Source: a virus (taxonomy: Duplodnaviria; Heunggongvirae; Uroviricota; Caudoviricetes). From it: a stretch of DNA of 58,724 nt. The DNA lies in the IMG/VR virus record IMGVR_UViG_3300012007_000007, positions 163,434-222,157 of that record, one strand, 5' to 3'. Within the stretch, counting starts at the first letter, position 1, and each line of letters starts with the position of its first letter. Position numbers and translations under genes: made by a program. The notes under the pieces are model-generated. The model did no database searches. It saw only the letters and a program-made list of their open reading frames with translations, and was not told the DNA's origin. Below are positions 23,898-34,543 of the stretch, one piece after another.

Positions 23898-26800
23898 TTA
23901 ATCGTTCTTATGGTATGCCAGCTTCACGCCTTCACCTAGCGTGATGTTTATGCCATCCTTGGCGATAATCCATTCTCCTGATTGGGGCGGAACCGGTCCA
24001 ATTGGTTCTCCTGGTATGGCTGCCGTCAGTATGAAGTTCTTGTGATTACCGAGTTGAATATTTCCAGTATCCATCAAGTTGGTCGTTCCGTTACGCTTTG
24101 CGTAAACTAGGTAGTTGACCGCGCGGTCCACGTCCGGATATTCCGTGTCGGGAAGATGATATTCCACCTCGTTCTTTTCAGGGTAGTCATATTGACCCCA
24201 TAGAACAGAATCTGCCATTATACCGCCAGACGGTTCGTATTGCTTGTACATCTCGTCGTCGCGGTAATAGTGTGGGATGTCGCCCACCGCAACTGCTCCG
24301 GTGGCAGGACGTAGATGAGGACGGACACTCCAGAAATTGGCATGTACCAGCTTCTCGTAGTCGGTAACCACTCCATACCCGTTCTTGTCCAGCGGAGCAT
24401 TAAGGCCGAGCCCACCTTCGGACACCGGCTTGTAAGATAGAGCAAGCCGGTTACGTATGTTGGTTACCTTTAGGTTCTTGATTGCCAGCGTACCCCTTCC
24501 GTTACTAAAGTCGGTGCGGAGCCCAACATAGCACTTACTGTAATAATAAAACCACGTACTACTTATATCAAAGTCGGTCTCGTAGTGATATGTACCGCTT
24601 GGGTTGGCAAGCAAAAGTTCCTTTGGACGGATGACATTGTTCAAGGCGGTACACAAATCATTTGAACCCTCCCACACCCATTCCTCGGTATTTTTATCGT
24701 GCCGTGCACCCTGGAACCGGCAATCGAATTGCTCCGGATGGTCTATATACGTGAAATCCGACCATTCAAGGTCGAGAGACACGTGGTACTCGTTCATTGT
24801 ACGGTCCGGAGTGAATTCTATTCCATTGATGCAGGAATTTTCCACGTTTCTTGACGGAACATACTCTATCGATACATCCCCTTGTTCTAGAATGAGCCTG
24901 GGAGACACTACTTCGTTTACAATGGCCGGGTTGATATCCATCGGCCTGTATTCCTCGTATGTATGCGACAGCGCATCCCGCCAACTGTACGTACCGCAAC
25001 CGGGCGGTATCCAAACACGGTGCCCGTCAATTGTCTCTTCTAACGCGTTTGCCCCATACAGCGGGCTCAGGTAGGAAACCGGAGCTTGCCTGTAATCAAC
25101 ACAGTACCACCTTCCGGCATCCGCACAGAAAGTAAATTTCATGAATACCCTGACATATCCCACCGCATTTTGGTCACGGTACGTAGCAAACGGGGAACGA
25201 CTCCTGTAGTCGCGTGTGCACGAGTATGGCGGAACACTGTAGTCCATAGACAGAGCTTCATATGCCGAATTGAACATAAGCCTGTTCATGTTCGGGTCAT
25301 CGAACGTGTAACTGACAACGAACGCGTCAGCCGCATATTCCCCACGGTAAGAATCTTCGCAGTCGGTACCGTTCCACGCCATACGAGTAAGAAAAGTCGA
25401 TTTCTTTCGGTCATATTCGGTAGGTTCTGCTTTCACTTTTACTCGGAAGCCGTCCCAATGTCTTACCGTCATAGCGGCACCGTAACTGGATACGTATTCT
25501 TTCAGAAAACTTGCCAGCGAATCATCTGTCGGCATGGTGGTGGCAATGAATTCATCATTCGACATAGATGCCCAGTCGTTCAACAACTTGTAGTATCCAT
25601 AAGCGTCTCCAGCGATGAATGCATATTGCTCCTCGGTCATCCCGGCATCGTCGTACTTGAATGATGCCTGTACACTAGGTACCGGTATATTGTCCGGCGA
25701 CAATATCTTGGTAAATGCGTCGAGTGGTTCAAGCCACGGACTACTATACCTCGACACCGGGGTACGCAGAACACCGGAATCATTAAAGTTGATTGCCGAC
25801 AGTTCAGCTGCCCTGAGTAGGTCATCATATGCGCTAGTATTTTGTAACCAAGGTATATTCTTTTCAGTGCACGCATTTACTATGCTGTTAACTGAGAATA
25901 CTCTGGTACTGGTATTGTTTGTCACTTCACATGGGGTGTCGGAAATTTTATCCGTTGTCCCGTAAGTGTCGTATTCGTACGGGTTACTGGCGTAGTACGA
26001 ATACTCGTCGCCAACATACGGATATGCGTATAGTAGAGGTGAAATGGGCTCGCCAGTATCACTTGTACCTGCCGTTGCTATATACGTCGGAAGATGACTC
26101 AGTCGAATCTCGTTAGCCATCTCTTCGTATTTATTGCCGATTTGCATTGGCAGACTATCTTTACCAGATAAATCCCATGACGTATCGATGGGGTCCGCAT
26201 TCTTTAGAATGGAGTCACTTGAACTTATGTCATAGGTCGTCCACCTCGCACGGCTGTTGCGATAATCCCGGGAAAGCAGCTTGACTGCCTTGATGGCCTG
26301 GCGTACCGGCTGTGCCGGGATTTCGGGAGAAGGTTCATCATACTGCGCGACCGAAAGTACCGCCCCTATGAATGATATATTGTTTTTCAGTGAATCCCCA
26401 TATCTGCTTGCTATGTAATCCCGAGAAACAGACAAGTCAATCGGGTACTCTTCCGGGGTGAATGCAACTGCATCATATTCTGTTGGCCTAGTTGCATTGA
26501 CTGCTCCAATAATATCCAGGTCCATTTCCCTGGTATATGCAAACAGGCTGTTGTACCCGAGGTCAGCCTCGTTGGTCATCAGTTTTTCCAGGAAGTTCTG
26601 CTTCCTCCTGTGGGTGAGTGCCCAGGGGAACGTGTTGGTGACCGTCGGGTACACCGTCGCCACTACCTGCCTTTGGTCGTCCTTTGGATTCCCCTCGTCA
26701 TCAAACAGGACATGATGCCTGGTATCGTCGTCCTGGTCAACCGTATACAGCTTGTTGTACTGTTCGACTCCGCCATCCGTTTCGCCGAAGTCAGCACCGA

Positions 26801-29012
26801 GTACCCCGTCCTCGCACCTGACGGCGTTCAGTCCGATAGGAGTGGAACCTTCGGGAAGTGTCCCATTGTTCGGCTCGACGTATGCCGCTCCGCATATGGT
26901 ATTTGGCGTCTTCCTGGTGGGCGGTATGGTCAACAAGCGCTTGACATTCTCATCCACGTCGAAAGTATCATACAGCTCTATTCCCGGGTTCCCGTCGACC
27001 TGGGCAAGGACTCCGGTCATATCGAAATCTTTTTTCTTGTAGGAACCGAACGAAAGCTTTACCCTCACATCGGTACCGTCCGGCAGAGGGTTCCCGTCAG
27101 TATCGAGGAATTCCTCGCTGAGCTTCACCTTGGTAAGGTCGCCAGAAATAGTGAACTCGACCGGGGTTTCACTGAACTTCCACGTACCGCTCATGACGTA
27201 CACCCTGGGCTGAGAGATGTACGCATAGTACCCGCTGAGGTTCTTCAGGTCGTCAGTGTTGTCACCCTTGAACGCCTTGTCCAGGGACACGTTAGGAAGA
27301 GATACGGTAATTTCGAACTCGTCCCCGTCCCTGGTAGTAATCGGGGTTGCCAAGTTGACAAACGTCTTCTTCAGCACTGTAGTGCCGGCCGTATGGCCGT
27401 TGTCCGAATTTGAAGGTTCGAAATCGTTATATAGGCAGACGTGCACCTTGTTCATATCCACGTTCTTTCCGTGGACTGTGCCGGTTCCACCGCACGTACT
27501 GCAGCGGAACCCGTTTACCGCACCAGTCCCATCGCACACGTCGCATTTCGCCGAATGCCCGCTCCCCAAGCATACCGGGCAGTCCTTGTCGTCGACCTTG
27601 CCCGTTCCCTGGCATCTCCCGCATTCCGGAACTTCGCCAGTCCCGCGGCATATTGGGCAAGGGACGTCATTCCCGTCGTCGGCAATTGTCCCGTACCCGT
27701 CACACCTGGTGCATTCCGGGTCTATCCTGTCGAGCCTCCCGTAAACCTTGCCGTTCACCAGGGCACCTTTCCTTATAAGGGTGATGCTATTGTCCACCGT
27801 GGTGTTGGCGTACTGCGAATTGTCGGTGAATGGCCAATCCATCGGCAGGGCCGGTACGCTGTTGTTGCCCGTCAGCTTGTCGTCGTGCGCGGTGCCGTAG
27901 CCGAATGTAATCCACTGGCTGTCTTTCACTTCAGTCTCTGGCTTTCCCTCGGGGGCACGTTCGCCCGTGACGCATGACTGGAAATACCCGGAACCCAGTC
28001 CGAATCCGGGCACCATCACCTGGTTATCCCCGGCACCGCCGGATATGTCCACGTCGGCACACGACACGAACCACTGGACGAATGCACCGGCACCCGTCAG
28101 TTCCCCCGGATATGGCGATGGATGCTTGCCATGCCCTATAATCCCGCCAACTCTCCCGGAAACCCAGGCACGCACCTCGGAACTCCCATACCCGTTCCTG
28201 GCGTTGCAGGTCGGCACATCTTCCACTTCATCGCCGTCTTCCGGTTCCGGAAGTGGGCATACCTTGCGGAACGGTTCTCCCGGGGTATTCCCTACAATGA
28301 AGATTCCGTTGGCCTGCTCCGGGTAATTGTCCTTCACCGATACCAGGTTCGGGCCATCTCCCTCAGTCTCGTATAGTATGGCAAGTTCCAGCTTCCCCGG
28401 CCCGGCTATGCCGGAAAACGGCGCGCCCGGCTGGTTTCTCACCTTAATCGTCGATACTCCGTCGACTACGCTTACGCTATCTATATCGAACCCGTTCTCG
28501 CCGATAAGCCCGGTAGGTGCATAGTCGTCGGATGTGACGTTGTACAGCCTGATTGCCCCGGCAGTGAGTGACTCATCGTCGCAGTCCCTTATGTCGCCGG
28601 TTACGACAACCACATAGAGCGACGGGTCCTCATCGTCTACCGTGACCGACAGCACCGGGAACTTCAATTCAGTTCCAGAGAAACTGGAATACGGCCCAGC
28701 CAGGTGGTACTTGACATATCCGTACAGCACGTCCGGAGGTACCGGTTTCCCCTCGTCTTCCGGTGTCGGCGCAGGTATCCCGTACATGTCCCCGTAGTAT
28801 ATCGGGTACGCCATCATGCCCATGGTTGGCTCTGCCGTTTCCAGCACGGAGCCGTCCGGGGTCATCCCAAAACCTAGCGGGTTCACCGGGTATATCCCGT
28901 GCTCGTCCGGGAGAAGCTCGCCCGCGGTAAGCGGTCTCCCAGTCACGAACTGCCTTATCGTGTAGGCGTTTCCCTCGGTTTCTTTTACAATGTAAGGATT
29001 ATCTGCGACCAT
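23898..29012 (-). CDS. Large structural (tail/baseplate) protein, 1704 aa, with a six-repeat CxxCxGxG zinc finger
   Basis: In the late tail block behind CATAAACTAC; DnaJ-type repeats at 27480-27713. Confidence 0.7.
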   Translation of the reverse strand: MVADNPYIVKETEGNAYTIRQFVTGRPLTAGELLPDEHGIYPVNPLGFGMTPDGSVLETAEPTMGMMAYPIYYGDMYGIPAPTPEDEGKPVPPDVLYGYVKYHLAGPYSSFSGTELKFPVLSVTVDDEDPSLYVVVVTGDIRDCDDESLTAGAIRLYNVTSDDYAPTGLIGENGFDIDSVSVVDGVSTIKVRNQPGAPFSGIAGPGKLELAILYETEGDGPNLVSVKDNYPEQANGIFIVGNTPGEPFRKVCPLPEPEDGDEVEDVPTCNARNGYGSSEVRAWVSGRVGGIIGHGKHPSPYPGELTGAGAFVQWFVSCADVDISGGAGDNQVMVPGFGLGSGYFQSCVTGERAPEGKPETEVKDSQWITFGYGTAHDDKLTGNNSVPALPMDWPFTDNSQYANTTVDNSITLIRKGALVNGKVYGRLDRIDPECTRCDGYGTIADDGNDVPCPICRGTGEVPECGRCQGTGKVDDKDCPVCLGSGHSAKCDVCDGTGAVNGFRCSTCGGTGTVHGKNVDMNKVHVCLYNDFEPSNSDNGHTAGTTVLKKTFVNLATPITTRDGDEFEITVSLPNVSLDKAFKGDNTDDLKNLSGYYAYISQPRVYVMSGTWKFSETPVEFTISGDLTKVKLSEEFLDTDGNPLPDGTDVRVKLSFGSYKKKDFDMTGVLAQVDGNPGIELYDTFDVDENVKRLLTIPPTRKTPNTICGAAYVEPNNGTLPEGSTPIGLNAVRCEDGVLGADFGETDGGVEQYNKLYTVDQDDDTRHHVLFDDEGNPKDDQRQVVATVYPTVTNTFPWALTHRRKQNFLEKLMTNEADLGYNSLFAYTREMDLDIIGAVNATRPTEYDAVAFTPEEYPIDLSVSRDYIASRYGDSLKNNISFIGAVLSVAQYDEPSPEIPAQPVRQAIKAVKLLSRDYRNSRARWTTYDISSSDSILKNADPIDTSWDLSGKDSLPMQIGNKYEEMANEIRLSHLPTYIATAGTSDTGEPISPLLYAYPYVGDEYSYYASNPYEYDTYGTTDKISDTPCEVTNNTSTRVFSVNSIVNACTEKNIPWLQNTSAYDDLLRAAELSAINFNDSGVLRTPVSRYSSPWLEPLDAFTKILSPDNIPVPSVQASFKYDDAGMTEEQYAFIAGDAYGYYKLLNDWASMSNDEFIATTMPTDDSLASFLKEYVSSYGAAMTVRHWDGFRVKVKAEPTEYDRKKSTFLTRMAWNGTDCEDSYRGEYAADAFVVSYTFDDPNMNRLMFNSAYEALSMDYSVPPYSCTRDYRSRSPFATYRDQNAVGYVRVFMKFTFCADAGRWYCVDYRQAPVSYLSPLYGANALEETIDGHRVWIPPGCGTYSWRDALSHTYEEYRPMDINPAIVNEVVSPRLILEQGDVSIEYVPSRNVENSCINGIEFTPDRTMNEYHVSLDLEWSDFTYIDHPEQFDCRFQGARHDKNTEEWVWEGSNDLCTALNNVIRPKELLLANPSGTYHYETDFDISSTWFYYYSKCYVGLRTDFSNGRGTLAIKNLKVTNIRNRLALSYKPVSEGGLGLNAPLDKNGYGVVTDYEKLVHANFWSVRPHLRPATGAVAVGDIPHYYRDDEMYKQYEPSGGIMADSVLWGQYDYPEKNEVEYHLPDTEYPDVDRAVNYLVYAKRNGTTNLMDTGNIQLGNHKNFILTAAIPGEPIGPVPPQSGEWIIAKDGINITLGEGVKLAYHKND

Positions 29013-29054
29013 ATCGTATCCCGCGTTTTCCGTAGTTTATGCAGTTCGCCGGTC

Positions 29055-29085
29055 AAAAAGAAACGGGCGGCAACCGCCACCCGTT
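29055..29085 (-). terminator. Intrinsic terminator
   Basis: AACGGG...CCCGTT hairpin followed by TCTTTTT. Confidence 0.6.
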
Positions 29086-29107
29086 AAACTACTTCCTTGT
29101 TCGCCGT

Positions 29108-30925
29108 CTAGCTTTCGATACGATTCAGCTTTACCGCGCCGAGGTCCATTCCGCCGAACGGGTCCTGCATCAGCGGGAACCCGGCAGTCTGTACACCGGT
29201 GTATGGCCTGTCCGTCCCGTATACCCCGTCTTCTTCCCTGTCGGATGGGTCGACGAATCCCTTCGGGGATAGGAATACGTGGTCAGGCACCTGGTAATAA
29301 TCGTACGTCCTCCATTCTTTCGACGTCTTGGAGTAGATGAACCGGGCCTTGTAAAATACCGGGCGGTTCGGTATTGCGATATTTTCCGCCCAGACGTAGA
29401 AGTTCGTCAGCCTGGCCATGCTGAACTTGGCGATAATCTCGGCACCGTCATCCATCATGTCCGCCCTCGGGAGGCTGTACACGTATATCTGGGACTTGTT
29501 GATGATGAGGTCTGCCGTCTCCTTCCCGTTGTATTCGGTGTTCGGCCATATCCGGAACATGAACTCGAACATCGCACCATCCCTGGCCTCCACCAGTGAT
29601 GCCTCGCCCTTCGGGCCGCGAACAACGTCCTCTGCCGGAAGATATATGGCCAGGCCGCAATCCAGGTCCGGGCCGTCGTAGTTGATTATGTTGTGGTTCT
29701 TCGTCATGTCGTCGGCATGATGGAACACCATCTTGGCGGTGTAGCTACCCGACGTGCTGTAGTCCGTCCCGCGTTGCCAGAGAGTGTGGGTGTTGTTCGG
29801 CCAACTGATGAAGTTGCATGAGTTGAACAGGCCGACTCCCCGGTGCGGCTCCGACGACCCTTCCCTGATGGCCGTATTTGCCAGGACGCTTACTTGCCCC
29901 CTGTCCGGCGACCTTGATTGCAGGATATATCCCCTTATGTCGGTCGTCGGGGTGTGGTGCAGGACAGAGGACTTTTCGAAATCGACCACCGGGGCGACCA
30001 TAATCGGGCCGTACCAGTTGTCCTCGTCCAGATGTCCCGCTTCGTCGAACGGGGTGAACGCCTTGCCGTCAGCCTTCGTAGCCCCGTCGCCGATATACAT
30101 GTACATCGTCGCGTCCGCGTAGTCCGGGTCAGCTTCGGGGTCCTCCTGGGGGGTGTAATAAAGATACAGCTCACCCTTCGAAAGAGTGGCCCCATCGGGA
30201 AGGTCGTTGAGGGATTCAGCCAGGAAATCCCAGTTGCTGTCCGCCGAACCCGGGGGTTCCGAATTGCTGCCCCCTCGCAATATATATCCGCGCAGGCTGT
30301 TGTTGCCGTCCCCCGTGGGAACTACCCTGTACGCTACCATGCCGGGATACTGCGAATAGAGATAGACCTCGTTGTGTTTCCATAGGGTTATCGCCCTACG
30401 GCACGTGGAACTTATCGTATCCCCCGCATTCACGTCCTGAACCGAGACATACACCCCGTTGGCCTGCGGGGTAGTGGCGGACCTTACCCTGATGAACGAA
30501 CCCTTTATGTATCCCCTGGTAGCCACGTCGTCTGCCTCGTCGTACACGACGACGTTCTGGTACAAGGTCCAGTTATGGTGGTGGCCTTCGTCCACCGACA
30601 GGCGCAGCGTGTTCACATCCGTCGTTGTCGAAGCGATATCCAGCATATTATCGTAATCGAACTGCCCATTGCCGACTGCCGTGGAGCCGAATACGCTGTT
30701 TGTCTTGGAGAACATTGAACGGGACGGGAACGTATAGTCTACAAACCCCGGGTCATCATCCGTTACCAGCCTGACGGTGACTTCCTGGCTGTCCGTAGTG
30801 TTCCAGGTCACGAGACCGTTCAAAATGGCCTCGTAGTTCGTCCTCGCCTTGGCCAGGTCACTTGTAATATGCTCCAGGGGATTGATGTCCCCGATGTTTA
30901 CTGTCTTGATGTTTACATTTCCCAT
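29108..30925 (-). CDS. Structural protein (605 aa), tail/baseplate region
   Basis: Long ORF in the late block; no recognised motif. Confidence 0.6.
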   Translation of the reverse strand: MGNVNIKTVNIGDINPLEHITSDLAKARTNYEAILNGLVTWNTTDSQEVTVRLVTDDDPGFVDYTFPSRSMFSKTNSVFGSTAVGNGQFDYDNMLDIASTTTDVNTLRLSVDEGHHHNWTLYQNVVVYDEADDVATRGYIKGSFIRVRSATTPQANGVYVSVQDVNAGDTISSTCRRAITLWKHNEVYLYSQYPGMVAYRVVPTGDGNNSLRGYILRGGSNSEPPGSADSNWDFLAESLNDLPDGATLSKGELYLYYTPQEDPEADPDYADATMYMYIGDGATKADGKAFTPFDEAGHLDEDNWYGPIMVAPVVDFEKSSVLHHTPTTDIRGYILQSRSPDRGQVSVLANTAIREGSSEPHRGVGLFNSCNFISWPNNTHTLWQRGTDYSTSGSYTAKMVFHHADDMTKNHNIINYDGPDLDCGLAIYLPAEDVVRGPKGEASLVEARDGAMFEFMFRIWPNTEYNGKETADLIINKSQIYVYSLPRADMMDDGAEIIAKFSMARLTNFYVWAENIAIPNRPVFYKARFIYSKTSKEWRTYDYYQVPDHVFLSPKGFVDPSDREEDGVYGTDRPYTGVQTAGFPLMQDPFGGMDLGAVKLNRIES

Positions 30926-30939
30926 CCTAATTCCCGCCT

Positions 30940-33900
30940 TTATTCATCGGTTTCCAGGTCATCCTCGACGTCGCCGTAACGTCGGCCGGAGGATGCACTG
31001 TCGAGCCCGTACACGCCGCGGACAAAGTTCACCCATTCCGGGGATATCCAGTCAGTACGGCACATGCTGGCCGCAACAAACGGTACTATTCCGGAGAATG
31101 TCACCCTTATGTTTGCGGGAATTGAACCGGATACCACACAGCGTAGCTCGATATACAGGAACCCGTCGTTGAATACCTTCGCCTCGGCATGCAGGTCCTG
31201 GAAATCGTAGTCGCCGTCATCCTTGGCATACTTGTAGCCTGTCGTTATATGCCCCGGAATGATGCGGTACTTCGTCGATGAACCGTCAGCACTGGGTGTC
31301 TGCTCCTCGAACGTCACCAGCGAAGACCCCGGGCACTTACTGTGGTCAACTACACCGCAGCCGATGAAGAACGGAATTCGTATTCCCCTGTAATCGGTAT
31401 CGAATTTAAGCGGCCCGTTGCCGGAGGTATTGAATTGCATTTCCAAGTCCAGCCAGTTTCCGTTAAGCGTATATGACATGTATACACTGCCACCACCGTT
31501 CCCCCATATGCCTGAACCCAGCGCAGACCTGATATCGAACCGGTTCGAGAATGTCATACCCATCTGTGCCATCTGCGCCGAGTCAACGCCAAGTGTCCTG
31601 GACGATAAGATGCAAACCGGGTACGCACGGTACTTGCTGGATACCTTCCAGCTCTTGTCGGATGAATCATACGTAGCTATGGGCATATATATGCATGCCA
31701 TGCTGTCTGTTATGCCAAGCGGGCCCATTATCCTGGAATCGGACTTCGTATCGGTTATTGTGCTGAATCCGCAGCGCATCATCGGCCCGGAAGACCACAC
31801 GTTGGCTTCTACCGTATCATCGTACGTGGCCAAGTGATAACTGAGGGCATTCCCAACTGAATTACTGTTGCCTATTCCCGAGTAAGATGACACCGTGACC
31901 ATCGGTCTCCAGTATGACGACGATATGTACGCGGTTCCCATGACTGACCTGTATATATCCGTATTCGGACGGTCAGCTATGGTCAAGGATGCTGTGTGGT
32001 ACAGCCTGTCCTTGTCATTATATACGGTACTGTTGAATACATGCAGGCCCTGCCCTTCCCATGACTGCGGCGTGTATGGCATAGCAAATCCTTGCCCGTT
32101 TGTCCCGAAATAGAACCCGCTTCGGCCGCTGGTATTACCGTACAGGATGTCCGTCATCTTTCCGGTCGTGCCGGTTCCACCCTGCCTCTGTGCGAGCCAG
32201 AAAGATTGCGCCTCGTCGGTGGCAGTAAGCTCACCGAAAGTATCTCCCTTGATACGGAGAGCCTTGAATGACAGGGTCAGGTAACTACATGTCTCGATGT
32301 TGATTCCGCGCCCCAGCCTATTGTCGGTATTCCTGATATCGATTCCGTCCTGGGCATAGATTGCCACCGCGTTGTCGCTGGAATTCTTTATTACGCTGGA
32401 CCTGGTAAGCAACGCATTGTCCACGCCGCCTTCCGACGTACCATCGCTCCTCAGATATGAACCAGCCGCTATGACCGCGGTTCCCTGGAGGCTCCTTACC
32501 ACAGTGGCTACGTTGTATGACGGATTCACGAGCACGCCAGGTGCAGCAGATGCGGATATCAACGCATTGGACTTGCCGTCGGCCAAGTAGGTCTCCATCG
32601 AAGCGGATGCGGGCGTTGCCGTCACGTAGCTAGTGCCGCCATGAACATACGACGTGCCGGTTCTGATATATGCCGAAGACCTGGAGTACATGAAAGACCC
32701 GCGATAGACTTTAGTCCTGTCCTGGTCGTCTATTGTCGAGTTTCCGCCAGCAACTCCCATGACCGCGCTTCCGTCGGCTATCCTCATGTAGCCGTAGTAC
32801 GGGGCAACCACCAATCCATTGGACCTGGCCAGCGCGTTCGTTGAACCGACATATGAAGATGATGTGCCCGGTGCCGTCCCGGTACCAACGATGAAATTTG
32901 CCTCGTAATTGCTGGTATTGCTTATACCGGCAACTAACTGGTTATCACCTGTAGCTATATTATTGTACCCGAATGTGGCCGAGTTCTCGCCAAGCCTCAG
33001 ATTCCTCGTACCGCCGAGTGCCAGCGAGGAGTTGGTTGTATTTATCTTTCCTACCTGCCTGGAAATATAGGCCCCGGTCAGATTATACAGCGGATTTTCC
33101 ACAGGAATCGGGTTATCCAGGGTAATTTGCATTTCGGATAGTGTTCTTACGCCGTTCCTCTCGATATATTTCGGGGAAACCGCCGCAACAGTTGTCACAA
33201 ACCTGGCACTGGCGTACCCATCCAGGTCACATGCGGTCACACCTCCGGTGATATAGGACGTGCGGTCGGAACCCCTGACCATGCCGTTGTATATATGGTC
33301 GTATACAACAATCGTATCGCCTTCCTTTATCTCAAAAGGCATCCCGGACGCATCTATAACACCCGCCGATATACGCATGACTTTTTTCGATGCGGTAAGT
33401 GCCTGGGCCTGCAGGGTACTGGATGCCACGCACTTTCCCTCAGTAGATATCTCTATCGTTTCGCATGGCACCGTTGTGATGTCAGTACTGGTAATGAATT
33501 CAAACCGGTACGGATATCCGCCGGTAACGTTTTTCCGGTTCGCGGCGAACGAATTGTCCCCTATTGCATAATTGTTGTAGTTCGAGGCAAATCCCCTAGT
33601 ACCAACCGTTACAAGTTCCTCGCCACCTCCGATGAATGAATTTGGCCCAAACCCGCGAGACCTGCGACCGAAGACCACCGCACCCGGGGCTACTGCGACC
33701 GACTGGAAGCCAAATGCTGCCGAATTGTCCTTGAACGCATAGCTTTCTCCACCCCAGCTGAGAGTATTGATGCTGTCACCGTAATTTGCCAGGCGATTTT
33801 CCGGATTGGATACCTTTCCCAGGGTAATCCGGTTTCCGCTGAACGTAAGCGTGTCCGTCACATCTATAGCCCAGTTCTTTCCGCCAGCCAGGTAAGATTC

Positions 33901-34473
33901 CTCGTCTCCGGGAATACCCAACAACTCGGCCCGCTGATATCCGATAGGGAACAGATAAGTCTCGTATTGGCTAAATGACTTCACCGACAGGTTTTCGTCG
34001 TACAACGGAGTTCGCAGGTTGAGGGGAATCGGCGCAGTCGACACCGTAACTTTCGGTGATACCGAATTCCTGATACGTTCCAACCAGTAATCGTAGTTTG
34101 CCTCTCCCGTCTTGCTGGCATCCGAGGCAGTCATGAATAGTATCTGCGAATGCTTGACCACGGCCTCAGTGGCCAGTGCGGAATCCTCGCTGATAGTCTT
34201 TCGCCACCTGGCGTCTGCAGCCGACAGAATACTGTAAAACGAGGTTTCATCCGAGGGAAAATTCTCTGACTCCCATGACTGGTAGAAGTCATACAGCCGA
34301 TATATGTCGGACCTCGTCAGTACAATCTCGTTCCCGTACTTGGTCACCTTGTATCCACTGGATGACCCGGAGGCCACGCATGAGCGAATAAGGGCATTGA
34401 GCACCTGCTGGGAATTTGCAGTCAGTGCGTCGATGCGTTTCACCAGGTCATAAAGATTGTTCATAAATGACAC
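30940..34473 (-). CDS. Tail fibre/spike with YadA-head-like beta-roll repeats (1177 aa)
   Basis: NSAAFG..SVA, NSFIGGG, NSFAAN, NSATFGYNNIATG repeats; CATAAACTAC upstream. Confidence 0.7.
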   Translation of the reverse strand: MSFMNNLYDLVKRIDALTANSQQVLNALIRSCVASGSSSGYKVTKYGNEIVLTRSDIYRLYDFYQSWESENFPSDETSFYSILSAADARWRKTISEDSALATEAVVKHSQILFMTASDASKTGEANYDYWLERIRNSVSPKVTVSTAPIPLNLRTPLYDENLSVKSFSQYETYLFPIGYQRAELLGIPGDEESYLAGGKNWAIDVTDTLTFSGNRITLGKVSNPENRLANYGDSINTLSWGGESYAFKDNSAAFGFQSVAVAPGAVVFGRRSRGFGPNSFIGGGEELVTVGTRGFASNYNNYAIGDNSFAANRKNVTGGYPYRFEFITSTDITTVPCETIEISTEGKCVASSTLQAQALTASKKVMRISAGVIDASGMPFEIKEGDTIVVYDHIYNGMVRGSDRTSYITGGVTACDLDGYASARFVTTVAAVSPKYIERNGVRTLSEMQITLDNPIPVENPLYNLTGAYISRQVGKINTTNSSLALGGTRNLRLGENSATFGYNNIATGDNQLVAGISNTSNYEANFIVGTGTAPGTSSSYVGSTNALARSNGLVVAPYYGYMRIADGSAVMGVAGGNSTIDDQDRTKVYRGSFMYSRSSAYIRTGTSYVHGGTSYVTATPASASMETYLADGKSNALISASAAPGVLVNPSYNVATVVRSLQGTAVIAAGSYLRSDGTSEGGVDNALLTRSSVIKNSSDNAVAIYAQDGIDIRNTDNRLGRGINIETCSYLTLSFKALRIKGDTFGELTATDEAQSFWLAQRQGGTGTTGKMTDILYGNTSGRSGFYFGTNGQGFAMPYTPQSWEGQGLHVFNSTVYNDKDRLYHTASLTIADRPNTDIYRSVMGTAYISSSYWRPMVTVSSYSGIGNSNSVGNALSYHLATYDDTVEANVWSSGPMMRCGFSTITDTKSDSRIMGPLGITDSMACIYMPIATYDSSDKSWKVSSKYRAYPVCILSSRTLGVDSAQMAQMGMTFSNRFDIRSALGSGIWGNGGGSVYMSYTLNGNWLDLEMQFNTSGNGPLKFDTDYRGIRIPFFIGCGVVDHSKCPGSSLVTFEEQTPSADGSSTKYRIIPGHITTGYKYAKDDGDYDFQDLHAEAKVFNDGFLYIELRCVVSGSIPANIRVTFSGIVPFVAASMCRTDWISPEWVNFVRGVYGLDSASSGRRYGDVEDDLETDE

Positions 34474-34513
34474 CTTGTACGGACAGTTTTCCGTAGTTTA
34501 TGATTGTTTGCGA

Positions 34514-34540
34514 GCAAAAAAGGGCGGCCCAGGCCGCCCA
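34514..34540 (-). terminator. Intrinsic terminator after the glycosyltransferase
   Basis: GGGCGGCC-TG-GGCCGCCC followed by TTTTTT. Confidence 0.65.
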
Positions 34541-34543
34541 ATG

